The notes under the pieces were generated by a model that saw nothing but the letters and a program-made list of their open reading frames with translations, had not been told where the DNA came from and did not search any database. Below, one piece after another: positions 11,432 through 23,682 of a DNA stretch of 64,000 nt (its first letter is position 1; each line of letters opens with the position of its first letter). The stretch covers positions 1,175,849 through 1,239,848 of the forward strand of contig CBDBLX010000002.1 in NCBI GenBank assembly GCA_965207445.1, in the 5' to 3' direction. The translations under genes were made by a program, and so were the position numbers. The stretch is from Nitrosopumilus sp. (lineage in GTDB: Archaea > Thermoproteota > Nitrososphaeria > Nitrososphaerales > Nitrosopumilaceae).

Positions 11432-12399
11432 CATATGGCCGGTATCACACACCGGCCGCACGATCAAAATATACACAGTCAGCATGCATTGCCCCCAATG
11501 TCTGCGCACTACGAGTATCTACGTGTGGCGCACACCCATCATGCCGACAGTCTCTTTTACACATATCATTGTACCATTCAATATCATGATCACTATCACA
11601 CCGATCTTCTTACACATATCGAAAATTTTGCGTACAATACGGCTACTATGCGGCTACTATGCGGCTACAATACGACCACATATCTGCAAATCTACCCGAA
11701 TAAAGATATACAAATATATTTATCTGACTTTGGAAGTTTTAATGTTTACGTAATTTACAAGATCATTTAGTCACTAACTCAGGCGTGATATTTTTTGATT
11801 GCCGTTCTCCGGTTTGATTATGCATAACATCTATTAATAGTACTAGTTTTCACTTTTGTGACAAAATCATGATTTTCACCATATGAACTTACATCCCATT
11901 TTTCCCAAATATTGCCGTCGGTGAGTACACCGTGTTGAATGCCGTTATTTCTAAGGTATGCAATCAATTGTTTTTCATCATTGAGTTTGATTCCACCTAG
12001 CTTTTTTGCTTCGATTATCAATCGGTCTCCTAGTTTGTAATCCCATCGACCACCAGTACCTTCCTCATAACGAACTTGGTTTGGATCCTCTAGTTTCCAC
12101 CCCAGATCATGAAGAACTGGATCAATTAACACATACCGTGTCGTAGTTTCGTTATTGATCTTGGTTTCATTCTTTTCAATTACGTCTTTTATCTTACGAA
12201 TCCTCTTGACTAAATCCATACAGAATATGTAAATCCAGAGTTTATAATGTATGTGATCAACAGTTTTTATCTATGTTAAAATGTCACTTGTGTTCTCACA
12301 TTCTAAAATATCTATGTTGGTGCTTAATAAAGAATTTCTGATTTTTGTGTGTTTTTTGGATGTTTGTGCATAGCATACGCTAGGGGGGTTGTTTTCCAG

Positions 12400-12530
12400 A
12401 GGATAAAGCGGACATGTATCTATGCGGGCATCGGTTCCCAGTATCATTCTTCATCCATTCATCAAGGTCTCCATGCAATTAATTTTTCGGGCATCGGTTC
12501 CCATATATACTACGCACAATTCCTTGACCA
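12400..12530 (-). ncRNA. Candidate IS110 bridge/seek RNA
   Basis: 16-bp direct repeat CGGGCATCGGTTCCCA at 12425 and 12488, each a hairpin tip inside a larger stem with an internal loop, at the 3' end of the IS110 gene. Confidence 0.45.
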
Positions 12531-13766
12531 TAATTTTCACTCTTTTTTTCTTGGCAGTCTTTGTTTTGCCATTTTGGTCCATGCTTTTTCTTCCCTCTTC
12601 TACACACGCCCAAAAACCAATATCTTTTTTCAACATCCAAAATACAATCCTGACCATCTTGGCAGCCGCTGCAACTTTTGCCTTTGAGCCTCCACGTTTT
12701 TGTACCAGTCGTTCGTAAAATGTGCTGATTGGAGTCACTTTATTGCTTCTTTTTGCCCACGTGACGTGCGTGAGTGCTGCCTCTGATAACAAATGTCGTA
12801 CAGTTGAATTGCCTTCTTTTGTAATACGTCCATGCTTTATGGTTTCTGCAGAGTTTCTCACAGATGGTACGATTCCAAAGTATGCTGCGAGTTTGTCTGG
12901 ATTGTGAAATCTGGATATATCATCAATTGCAGATGCTAGTACAAGAGCCGTGACGTTTCCAATACCGGGGGGCATGTTTTGAGCAAATCTGCCATATGAT
13001 ACCTGTCTACCTCTTTTTTCATACGGGTGTTACAGTCTGCAATATCCTCATCAAAGTTGGAAATTGTTCTCAAATACATCTCAATTCGCCAGTCATCAAG
13101 ACCATGTAGTCTGCTTACAAATGCATTTGAAAAAGACTCTGCCTTGATCTTGATTCCATCTTGTAGCAGTATACCATGTATGAGATTTTTGTACCGTGTC
13201 CTACTTTGAACTATTGCACTCCTGCATCTGACAAGTTGTTTTACTTTGACTATATCATCTCCTGGTACGTGACTTGCTACAATGTAACCGCCACGCAAAA
13301 GATCTGCTAGTATTAATGCATCTACCTTGTCAGTCTTCTTTTTTGATGTTGCAATCACCTTTGTTGATCTGGGATTGGATAAGATTACATCCAGATTTAA
13401 TTTCTCCTTGAGAAATTTGTACATCCCATACCATACAGAGGATGATTCAATCACATACTTTGCACCGTCTGGAAATTTGGCAAACTTTTTTTCCACAATC
13501 TTGTAATCACATTCTATCTTTTCATTTTGTAAAACTGTTCCATCAGATTGCATGATAGCAACCTGCATGAATTTTTTGTGAAGATCAATTCCGACAAAAT
13601 ACTCTTCAGGTGTCTTTGTCGATTTCTTTTTCTTCTTTTTCGTCACAGGGCTTGTAACTGTCTTCATATGTACACTTTTTTTACCCCTAATCTGTTTGTT
13701 TGCATTTTTGGCTTTGTTATGGTTGGCATCATCTAACCTACTAGATCTGTGTTTCTTTTTTTCCAC
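12451..13766 (-). pseudogene. IS110-family transposase/recombinase, frameshifted at G6 near 12970
   Basis: GIDLHK, IESS, KKTDKVDA (DEDD domain) in 13766-12936; PGIG, LAAYFGIVP, ITKEGN, VAAAAKM in 12975-12451. Confidence 0.92.
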
Positions 13767-13773
13767 ATATGAT

Positions 13774-13971
13774 TAATTTTATTTGAATAATCTACAATGT
13801 CGTTGAACGTTGATTATTATATTTGATTAGATCAAATAAAAAGTATGATATATGGGAATATTTTAATATTTGTAAATTTATATAAAAAATTAGGTACTAG
13901 AACATCAATATGAATTAGGACAAGTAAATTATAACGTTCTACGAAAATGATTCGTTGATCTTGGATTAAAG
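13774..13971. repeat. ~200-bp non-coding repeat upstream of IS110 (second copy about 28960-29156)
   Basis: Shared blocks TACAATGTCGTTGAACGTT, ATGGGAATATTTTAATAT, TTAGGACAAG, GATCTTG.ATTAAAG. Confidence 0.8.
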
Positions 13972-16070
13972 GTAACCGTTCAACCCCCCCCCCCCCCCAC
14001 CCCAGCACAGCGTAGCAACAGATGCGGCTTTGACTTGATTATATACCCACGCACTACGTGTACGGGTAGTCTAGATCAGATCGCAAGGTCAATGCGCGAG
14101 GTTATAAGCAGATATCGACACTCATTATTACCGTGAAAAATAATGAGTGAAAATATCAATAACAATTCATCACGTGGATTGAATTTAACCAATATGGGTA
14201 CGGGAGTGTCTTGAGATGACTGTTGCAGTATATGAGACGGTAGTACTGCGCAGGGAACTGCACGAAATGGCTACGCGAATAGATAGTATTGTGGGTGTGG
14301 TGGAGTGCATGAGAGTCACAATGGACAGTATGAAGATGGACGTATTGAGTGAAAAAGCTAGGGCAGACTCAGCCATCCGGCAGAGAGATGAGGTGCACGA
14401 GCGGCTGGATGGGCAGATCAGATGTACAAAGGCTTTGGCAAGTCTACTGTCTGAAAACAACATAAAGTTTGATGAAATTGAACTAGCAGAGTCCACTCAC
14501 ACTCGCGATGAAAAGAGGGCAGAAAAGGCCGAAAAAGAACTCGATGATGAAAAAAAGCGAGGCAAGCGCACAAGCAACTCAAACACTCCCCCGTCCATGG
14601 GTAGCGATGCCCAGTCAAAGATTGCCAAATACTGCAAAAAGAATGCAGAAAACTACCTGGATGAAGAATAAATAGATGCAGGCAAGGGCAAGAAAGGCAA
14701 GACGACTGCATAATAGTTTCATTAAAGATCCGATAGTTTTCTAATATTTTGTATTCATAATATGTACTCAACTTCGAGATGAATATCAATCAAAATATCG
14801 GATCTTTAATCATATCAGTATGCACACAGATCAATCCGCAACATACTGAAAGAGGCATTCAGTACAAAGAGCACTCCGTCCAAAAAGAATACAAGGCGTC
14901 GCAAACAAAAGACAAAGGAGACATACATGCTTGAGGAGATGCCAGTAACAGACGTGTATGATTTGACCACCATTACGTGTACGAATCAGGATTGTGATGC
15001 CGAAATTAATGTAGTTACGATAACAAAAGATGTTGTGGACATACCAAAACCGGTAAGGGCCACAAAAAGGCGCATCAAATCATCGCGACACGTGCAAAAA
15101 AAGACACAGGATAGACACCACCACAAAGGGTCTGACAAAAGGCTCGTCGTTTGGTCCTCATCTCATGGCCTCGATAGTCTACATGTTCTTCTTTACGCTC
15201 AGACTTTCTTCAATTGCAGACATGTTGCGCATGTACGGCATATATTCAGTCTCAAAGACTACCATAATGGCTGCGTTGTCCGCAGTTGCAAAGGAAAAAT
15301 TTGCATCTAGGGTGGCATACATTACAGGTAGGCTAAAAGACACCCGCGTCCTGCTTGCCGATGAAACTCCAATCAGAATTGGCAAACACAGAGGGTATGC
15401 ATGGGTGCTCATCGGAGAGTACGGGATATCCATCCACATTCACCGGACCTGAGGCCAGTCGGTAGTAGATTTACACTACCCGTGTTTTGACATTCCAATT
15501 GTGGTGGATGGATATGCAGGATACAACAAATTCAAGGTCAAACAGCGCTGCTGGGCGCATGTCCTCCGTGAAGCAGAACTGCTTGCCGCCATACACGGCG
15601 GTAATCTTGAAGAACTGCACCACTGCCTCCAATCCATATTCAGCAGCGCAAAAAAGCTTCCGCCCGACATCACAGACGAGGAACTAGGGGGTGGGGGGAT
15701 AGACAACGTCGCACAGATCGCAGGCATATACAAGAGTCCCAGATATCTCACATTCGGCGGCAAGCTAGAAAATGCGGCGCCCGACCTCTTTACGTTTGTC
15801 AAATATCATGGAATGCCGCCCACAAACAACATGTCTGAGCGCACACTTAGGCCAGTCGTACTGCACAAAAAGATCTGGCTCATGTTCCAGAGTGCGATCG
15901 GTATACAGCAGACGATAGCATACTGATGACGTGTATGCTGACGTGGGATGCCCAGGGACACGACCTGATGGACAAAAATCACAAGGACATCATGTCAAAC
16001 TAACCCCATAGGCGCACTCGTATCGTTCATGAGAGTACTAGTCTGAGGTAGGAGGGGGTTGAACGGTTAC
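13972..16070 (+). mobile_element. Decayed IS66 element (single-gene ISBst12-like), transposase fragmented
   Basis: TIR GTAACCGTTCAACCCCC / GGGGGTTGAACGGTTAC; fragments NSNTPPS, ADETP, VDGYAGY, QRCWAH, TNNMSERTLR. Confidence 0.92.
14703..14820. repeat. ~118-bp hairpin element inside IS66 (second copy 29768-29888)
   Basis: ATTAAAGATCCGAT...ATCGGATCTTTAAT inverted repeat; the two copies are nearly identical. Confidence 0.8.
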
Positions 16071-16140
16071 ATCTATACGTTCAGTGCCCTGCACCTGCGA
16101 TCCAAATAGTGCAAAATATAATAAATTTTTAGACGGGCTT

Positions 16141-16521
16141 TTATAGAGTTGAATTTTCTGTCAAGTTAGGTGTTTGATGTCTGTATATTACCATAGATGT
16201 CAATAGAACTGCAAATCCAATCGATAATATACATACAACGGCAGAATATATGATGTTAGAAAAAATAAACTGATACGCAAAGACGGCAGCAAAACCACAT
16301 AATACTATAGTAAAACCTAACATTATATACATGGTTATTTTTTGTTGTAATTTAGATTTGTCACGATACATATATTCATACCATCTCAATGCAGAAACTA
16401 TAACTAATGCACTGCAAATAAATGTAATATTAAAATCATTATCGATAAAAAGAATAGAGGCTGATACTATACATATTGTACTAATTAATATTATTTTAGA
16501 AAGATAAGTAAATGGTTGCAA
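16141..16521 (-). CDS. Hypothetical 4-TM membrane protein (start uncertain)
   Basis: Four hydrophobic segments. Confidence 0.55.
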   Translation of the reverse strand: MQPFTYLSKIILISTICIVSASILFIDNDFNITFICSALVIVSALRWYEYMYRDKSKLQQKITMYIMLGFTIVLCGFAAVFAYQFIFSNIIYSAVVCILSIGFAVLLTSMVIYRHQTPNLTENSTL

Positions 16522-16552
16522 CTTTCATTACACCCCCAACAAAGATTTTATT

Positions 16553-18873
16553 AGATGTTATGCACAATGACACAATCAAATTTTTATGACCATATTAGGT
16601 ATGACTGATAAGATCATATATTTAAGCTTAAATGCATTTATAACGAAAAACCTGCTAGTATTGATAATTATATATGATTAATTAATTAATAATATATGTT
16701 CATAAAAAGATCTAAATATATGGGCCTATAAATGATTGTATGAAATCTAACTTAGATTCTACGATATCGTGTGATGGGCGCGATAGTGACGCTTTTGATA
16801 CAATCTATCTGGATTCAGATGAATGGCAAAAGTTAATGGATGCGATCGATCGCGAAATGTCCAAAGTGCAAAAAGTGAACAGAGGCGTCACTCACAGAGA
16901 TAATTATTGGGTACGATTTATTGAAAAGATACTGTCTTCTGATCAAAGCGCGCGCAGGTGGACGGGATTTGACAAGCGTGGACTTGATCTGATTTGGACA
17001 TCTTTTTCTGAGCGATGGGAGGAAATGGAGCGCGCAGAAATTACACGAAGACGTGAATCCAAATTGGCGCGCGCAGGAAAGCGTGGTCCGAGGCCTATGG
17101 CAGACGTGACAGCAGACAAACAAAACAACATTCCAATGGTACGCAATGATCCTGCAAGGGGTTCTGCGCCAGGCAACAGGTGCAAACTAGAGCCGTTTTA
17201 CATCATGGTTCTGGCACTCATACGCAAATATCGCAACGAAAGTGAAGGGACGTTGGGAGACATGTTTGGTATAAACCAGTCAACTGTATCCCGATATTTG
17301 ATACTTGCCGATCGCATACTTGCAGAGACGCTGCCAACTCCTGAAAAAATTATGAATCTCATAAAAGAGATTGGTACTGCCAAAAAATTTGCAAGGTTGT
17401 TCCCAGATGATACAGGTGAGTCAGTTGTGATATTTGATGGAACACACGTGCGATTTGCAAGGCCCCTCAAGGCAGAACTGCGAGATTCTATGATATCATA
17501 CAAGAAAAAGTATCCCAGTGGAAACACGGTCATAATGACATCAGCAGACGGCCTGATACTAGGAGCAAGTAAAACATACAACGGTCGGGTCCATGACATT
17601 GCAATAACGCGGGATTTTCTAGAAGGTATGGGCCAATTTGGCAAGATGCTTCAAGGTAAACTCAACAATACAGAGAACCAAAAACAGCAATCAGAACAGA
17701 CAGATACAGAGAACCAAAAACCGCAATCAGAACAGACAGATACAGAGAACCAAAAACAGCAATCAGAACAGACAGATACAGAGAACCAAAAACAGCAATC
17801 AGAACAGACAGATACAGAGAACCAAAAACAGCAATCAGAACAGACAGATACAGAGAACCAAACAGTCCACTTTGAAGAAAAAGCCCAAGCATCTGCAACT
17901 ACAGTAGGCGACTGCACACAAACAACCCAAAACAAACATCTGCAAGAAGAGTCATCAGAGTCCACATCTAAAGAAACAGAGATAAGGATACTCCGCGGGC
18001 TAGTCGCGCTTGAATCTATTAAAAAATCTGAACAAAAGCGGTCCGTACTTGATGCATCTAGAAGACTCGAGGCCATGCACGACCTAGAAAGACTCCTCGG
18101 AGAGCCACCATCAAACAAGACAAGAGTTCTGGGCGATTCGGGATTTCAGGGATTAAAACAAGACATACCGGCAGCAGATGTTCACTACCCGTTTAAGAAC
18201 TCAAAGACGATGAAAATCACACCCGAGCAAAAAGAGTACAATCGAGAATTGAGCAAAATGCGCGTTAAAGTAGAAAATGCAATCTGTGCAGCCAAGCACT
18301 TTAGGCGCGTATCTGAGATATACAACGGCAGTCTAGACGAGTTCAACAAAGAGTTTAACGTTGCCTGTGGATTGGCCAACCTTCGATACATGCTACGTAC
18401 CGGTACATACGACTATTGGGCCTCGAAGCTGGGCCTACCAACATACGATAAACGTCGCTAACATATGGCCGGTATCACACACCGGCCGCACGATCAAAAT
18501 ATACACAGTCAGCATGCATTGCCCCCAATGTCTGCGCACTACGAGTATCTACGTGTGGCGCACGCCCATCATGCCGACAGTTTCTTTTTCATATGTCGCT
18601 GTACCATCCAATATTATGATCACTGTCACGCCGGTCTTCTTGTACATATCGAAAATTTTGCGTACAATACGGCTACTATGCGGCTACTATGCGGCTACAA
18701 TACGGCTACAATACGGACACATATCTGCAAATCTACCCGAATAAAGATATACAAATATATTTATCTGACTTTGGAAGTTTTAATGTTTACGTAATTTACA
18801 AGATCATTTAGTCACTAACTCAGGCGTGATATTTTTTGATTGCCGTTCTCCGGTTTGATTATGCATAACATCT
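16553..18873 (+). mobile_element. IS5/PIF-Harbinger-like IS, copy 2
   Basis: Same TIRs, ATT TSD; interrupts the 3' end of a small minus-strand ORF. Confidence 0.95.
16740..18461 (+). CDS. DDE_Tnp_4-type transposase with 5 x 12-aa repeats
   Basis: Near-identical to 9386-11431 except for the array. Confidence 0.92.
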   Translation: MKSNLDSTISCDGRDSDAFDTIYLDSDEWQKLMDAIDREMSKVQKVNRGVTHRDNYWVRFIEKILSSDQSARRWTGFDKRGLDLIWTSFSERWEEMERAEITRRRESKLARAGKRGPRPMADVTADKQNNIPMVRNDPARGSAPGNRCKLEPFYIMVLALIRKYRNESEGTLGDMFGINQSTVSRYLILADRILAETLPTPEKIMNLIKEIGTAKKFARLFPDDTGESVVIFDGTHVRFARPLKAELRDSMISYKKKYPSGNTVIMTSADGLILGASKTYNGRVHDIAITRDFLEGMGQFGKMLQGKLNNTENQKQQSEQTDTENQKPQSEQTDTENQKQQSEQTDTENQKQQSEQTDTENQKQQSEQTDTENQTVHFEEKAQASATTVGDCTQTTQNKHLQEESSESTSKETEIRILRGLVALESIKKSEQKRSVLDASRRLEAMHDLERLLGEPPSNKTRVLGDSGFQGLKQDIPAADVHYPFKNSKTMKITPEQKEYNRELSKMRVKVENAICAAKHFRRVSEIYNGSLDEFNKEFNVACGLANLRYMLRTGTYDYWASKLGLPTYDKRR

Positions 18874-19291
18874 ATTGTATTTATAATATCAATTATATCA
18901 TCACTATATTCACTTGATAAATAACCAACAATAACACCGGTTGATATATTGTTTAATTTCTCAAATAAAAATTTTATAATCTTACGTAGATATTCTCTAT
19001 TAACCATTCTTAAACACTTATATTTGGTCAGATAAATCTGACATTTTTTGTGCATCAGGTAATAATTCTTGTGCGATTTCAGGTGTTATATCTCCATTTG
19101 GATAATCACGCATCCTTTCTGCAATCTTTAAAATTGCTTTCAATGTTTCGGTGTCTTGTTCTTCGCTCATAACATATAATAATCATTCTATATTATAAGG
19201 TTTTTGGAATTAGCGTGGTTGGTGCGCAATTCATCGGTCATATACAATTGAGATAGTAAATTATTATACATTGTATAATCTATGATACTTT

Positions 19292-20811
19292 ATGACCAAT
19301 TGTGACGTATGGTGTGGAATGTCTATTGCAATATTTACAGTTATGGTATTGTCTGTTGCACCATTAATACCCATATCATATGCATCTGACTTTATCGTAG
19401 ATGCACAATGTGTATCTGGACACTGGTATGTCACTATACATGATGAAAATAATGGCATTGATAATGAGAAACATTTGAGTGAAAATACGGGAATCATACA
19501 GGGTGTCAGTATCAGGACCATACCATCAATAGGCTCATCTAATGTAAAGTCAACATTTGAGACTGATAAAAGTGGAAGTTTCTTTTTGGCACCAGAACAT
19601 AACACAGGTTGGGTTTGGTTGAGCAAGCCTGGATACAATGATCAAAAAGTCAGATCGTCATGTGATACTGCATATGATGCATTTTCATACAGCGAGCAGT
19701 TTGCTTCTTATTGTTATGATTATGCGTATCAGTTTATACCCATGACTTTTCTGCCTGAAATGGCACATACATTGCCGTCGCATACGATTAAACATGTGAT
19801 GGATTTTTTTGATGCTCAGATTACATCACGTGATGAGACAATAACGATGCAGCACATCATTTCGCATAGATTAAACATATGGATTTTTTTGATGCTCAGA
19901 TTACATCACGTGATGAGACAATAACGATGCAGACTCTTGAGATAAAAGCGCTTTTAGATTTTTTTGATGCTCAGATTACATCACGTGATGAGACAATAAA
20001 GGTGCAGACTCTTGAGACAAATGTACTTTTAAACATATTGGATAACAATGCCTCAATTATACATGATATGATCTCAAATTCTACCAAAGATGAGATATGC
20101 CTTTTACACATAGATGATGCAATTAGTGAGGCTTATGAGAGACTTGGAATTTTACACATCAATAAATCAGGTATGTTAAAAGCATTGAACACTACTAGTA
20201 TGCAGTCTTTTACATATGATGATATAAATGTGGAAAAAATGAAATTAGATGGTTTTGTGAATATGTATTGCTCAAACACCACTTTAGAAACTGCCCAAAA
20301 AATACAGATAAGACTTGATGTTTTGGATGTGTTGTATGAAGAGCAGAGACGACAGGTGTATGATCTACAGTATATGTTATTGATGGATATGTTGTCTGAT
20401 TCGCAATCATTATCACCACACCAACCATCATCATCACCATCACAATCACCCCTACAAAACTACTATTACTATAACAATAACTATTATCTTGATTCTAGTC
20501 ACTATCATGACTCAAATAATGACCGCCGTGACTTTTATTATTACGATGCTACAGGTTCTAAACCCTATGACTATACTAAACATGATCGGATCAAAAATTA
20601 TAATCCCAAAGATCACGATGACCATGACCACAGTCACACTAATTGTATTACATTCTGTGACAAGAACGATTATGAACCAATTTGGGCACGATACTTGGAC
20701 AAATATGACGCGCGTGAGGCATGCTGGGATGTAGATGCTGACCCAAAAAGAATCGGTACTGCTGATTGGTACTGGTGCAAAGATCTTGGTAAATACCTCT
20801 ATAACAAATAA
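19292..20811 (+). pseudogene. Secreted hypothetical protein frameshifted inside a ~80-bp tandem triplication
   Basis: Signal-like N-terminus; DFFDAQITSRDETI occurs three times (19799, 19879, about 19957); the first period is 80 bp. Confidence 0.65.
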
Positions 20812-20983
20812 CTTTTCAATACAATTACAATCCCAACATTAAACAGGATTTGATCACATCTTCTCTAACAGATATGGGCGCAACTGCAATAACTATACGA
20901 CAAGCCTAAGATTATCGAATCTTTTGTATTCTAACACACAACTACTTTTGGTAGCAGTTAATTATGTGATTAATTGATTTACC

Positions 20984-21744
20984 TTAACCTTTAAGACTTG
21001 CATCAAACACACTTGCAAATGTTGTGTATGGCTGAGCTCCTACAATAAGATGTGCTTGTTGATTTGCATCTAGTATGTAAAATGCAGGCGTTCCTGTCAA
21101 CCCAAGTGTACGTGCATCTTCATTACTAGCAATAATCTTTTGAGAATGCGGTTTATCAATCATACATTGTACCCACATATCGTAATTGAATTCTGTCATA
21201 TTTGCTGCAAATGATTCTAGATTCTCATAAGATGCCCATCCGGTATTCTCACCTGCCCAATTCTCATATAAGATATCATGATACTCCCAGAACCGTCCTT
21301 GGATGCATCAATAGAGTCTGATCCGATTATATGATAATCTTTGAATATCATTTGAACCTTGCCTGTATTGATGTAATTCTCCAATATCTGGTTTTTAGTA
21401 TCATGGAAAAATACATTGCAAAAGTGGCACTGGTAATCTCCAAATTCTACTAGTGTGATCGGTGCAGATTCACTACCTAGCGTCGGTGAACCATTACCGA
21501 CAAGCGTAGTTATCAAGATCTGATCGTCTTGAGAATTATCATCTGCAATTGGTGGCGTATCTTCGATGTGTAGCATGATTAATTCTGATTCAGCGTCTTC
21601 TTTGTCATCTTTGATGTTTACTGAATTGTCATTCTGAATAGTAGTATCGATTTGTAGCCCCTGTGCAGCTACAAACACAACAATTATCGTAATTGCCGCA
21701 ATGCCCGTACCTATTCCAACCGATGGTCCGTGAATTATCAACAT
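20984..21744 (-). pseudogene. DsbA-family thioredoxin protein with frameshift near 21297
   Basis: EFGDYQCHFC in one frame; FWEYHDILY...GLTGTPAF...GAQPY in another. Confidence 0.85.
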
Positions 21745-22532
21745 GTGTATCACATATACGTCTAATTTAGGCTTTGGTGAGTAGTGGTGTCTATGCATTG
21801 TTTGTCTAATCCTTCTCTTGAGAGGGTAATTTTATGTAATCAATCTATTAAGATAGTATATGTATCTGATAATTTTCATGTGTATGATTATATATATGAT
21901 AAAATGATCTTAACATTGACTAGATTAGCCAAAATACCAACCAACAAGCAAAATTTATCACTAAAGAGATATGAATTTCAGATGTTTCTTATGGAGATCA
22001 ACTAATTGGCTTTTGAGATGTGGTTATATCTTAAAAAATCCATAAATAGTTATAATCTACCAAACCACCCATAACTTTATTGAACTGCGATCTACTCGCA
22101 TCTCTATTAGTATTCAATCATATGTGCGGTCTGATTCCCAAGCTGGGCGCTGGCTCATAAAATTTGTTAACACCCATACAATAACGCCTCAGTTAGTACC
22201 ATGTACAATCATCTATTTCAAATTTCATACTTGCTACAAGTTACATAGTAGTCTCAAATCATATAATTATGTATGATTGAAAATTGTAACTATTAATTGC
22301 TGTATCTATTATGATGGAAATTGCATAAAGGTGATTGAACTGTGGTATGATTGAACTGTGGTATGATTGAACGGTCACCTTGAACTTGCTCAAAAATTAA
22401 GAAATGTGATTTGCCTGTATGTTTCAATTATGCATTTTATAAGAATTATTTTTATAAAGTATTAAATTATAGTCAAATATATACTACTAGTCAATTCCCA
22501 CAGACTAAATATACGACTAGAAGCATTTGTGT

Positions 22533-23615
22533 ATGATACGTGTATTCATAAATGGATATGGATCTATTGGTAGTAGGATTGCTACATTTTTACTCGATGA
22601 CCCTCAAGTGGAGATTGTAGGTGTTGGTAAACACTCACCTGACTCTAATGTCACTCGTGCAATATCAAACGGACATAATGTGTATGTGCCTGAATCACGA
22701 CTAGATGCATTTAATGATTATAAAATACGTGGAACCATTGAATCTGCTTTACAAAAGTCCGACATTGTTATAGATGCATCCCCTGGTGGATCTGGTTATG
22801 AGAACAAGATAAAACTCTACGAGCCAAATAATATACCTGCCATATATCAAGGTGGAGAATCAATTACTGGACCTCGTGCAGTATCTGATATTATATTTAA
22901 CTCTAGGATCAATTATGATAGTGCCAGAAATACAAAACATGTGATGCAGGGAAGCTGCAACGTGACTGGGATGGGTAGGATATTGATGCCAATTCTTACT
23001 ACATATCGTAGTGTTGTTAGTAGAATTGATGTTGTGTTGGTACGCAGATGGGCCGACATTGAACAAACTAGCAAAGATGTGCCTGATACCATCGAAATGA
23101 CACAGTCACCTCATCATGGAGAAGATGTCATGGCCGCATTATCCTCACATAATACACAAGATAATTCACAAAAACCGATATCCCTGCATGTCAGAGCAGT
23201 AAAGGTTCCAACACGACAGATGCATCTGCATATAATGGATATAAGATTCTCATCTGAAGATAGTGCGACTGTTGCAGCATCTGAAATACATAACATGTTA
23301 ATAAAAGAGCCTGGTATTGCAGTACTATACACGGCAAAAGACACTGCACAGATCAGAGAATGTGCAAAAAATATGGGATTTAATTTTGTTGATACCAATC
23401 TTATTCATGTACATGCAAACATGACTGTTTTGTCAGGTGATACTATTCAGTTAATGTATTCCGATGATCAGACAGGTATAGTAATTCCAGAAAACCACAT
23501 GTTGTTGCAGGCCATGACAACTAGTAGATCATATGACGAGGCCACGATACATACAGAAAAGGTATTTCACATAAAGGAAAAAAAACAGATACTGCAAGAA
23601 AAGTTTGCTCATTGA
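22533..23615 (+). CDS. gap: Type II (archaeal) glyceraldehyde-3-phosphate dehydrogenase
   Basis: INGYGSIG, YQGGE, SCNVTG, RRWAD, HHGEDV, IPEN. Confidence 0.92.
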   Translation: MIRVFINGYGSIGSRIATFLLDDPQVEIVGVGKHSPDSNVTRAISNGHNVYVPESRLDAFNDYKIRGTIESALQKSDIVIDASPGGSGYENKIKLYEPNNIPAIYQGGESITGPRAVSDIIFNSRINYDSARNTKHVMQGSCNVTGMGRILMPILTTYRSVVSRIDVVLVRRWADIEQTSKDVPDTIEMTQSPHHGEDVMAALSSHNTQDNSQKPISLHVRAVKVPTRQMHLHIMDIRFSSEDSATVAASEIHNMLIKEPGIAVLYTAKDTAQIRECAKNMGFNFVDTNLIHVHANMTVLSGDTIQLMYSDDQTGIVIPENHMLLQAMTTSRSYDEATIHTEKVFHIKEKKQILQEKFAH

Positions 23616-23682
23616 TGTATGATTTTTTAGTCCACTATTGTATTAATTATATGTGTTTAATTAATTAATCAAAGACTTCATT

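Larger units (their letters stand above)
9199..11832 (+). mobile_element. IS5/PIF-Harbinger-like IS, copy 1
   Basis: TIR AGATGTTATGCA/TGCATAACATCT, 3-bp TSD ATT. Confidence 0.95.
7831..12219 (-). pseudogene. HSDR_N-like PD-(D/E)xK endonuclease with three tandem C-terminal domains, split by an IS
   Basis: 12219-11833 gives NETTTR..LIDPVL..LGW...DY....IIEAKK...QL..Y....GVLTDG..W; removing the IS joins KTSTIN to DVYTKLNK in frame with 9198-7831. Confidence 0.85.

Noticed and set aside
19216..19235. Solo copy of the GTGGTTGGTGCG(C/T)AATTCATC IS end
   Set aside because: Probably a real relic, but no partner end or TSD found, so not called as an element
19799..20015. Three ~47-bp repeats with ~32-bp gaps as mini-CRISPR or DGR TR/VR
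   Set aside because: The gaps are related to neighbouring sequence, it is a coding tandem triplication, differences are not A-specific and no reverse transcriptase is present
22333..22378. 16-bp tandem GATTGAACTGTGGTAT ending in a MITE-like end
   Set aside because: Too short and degenerate to interpret
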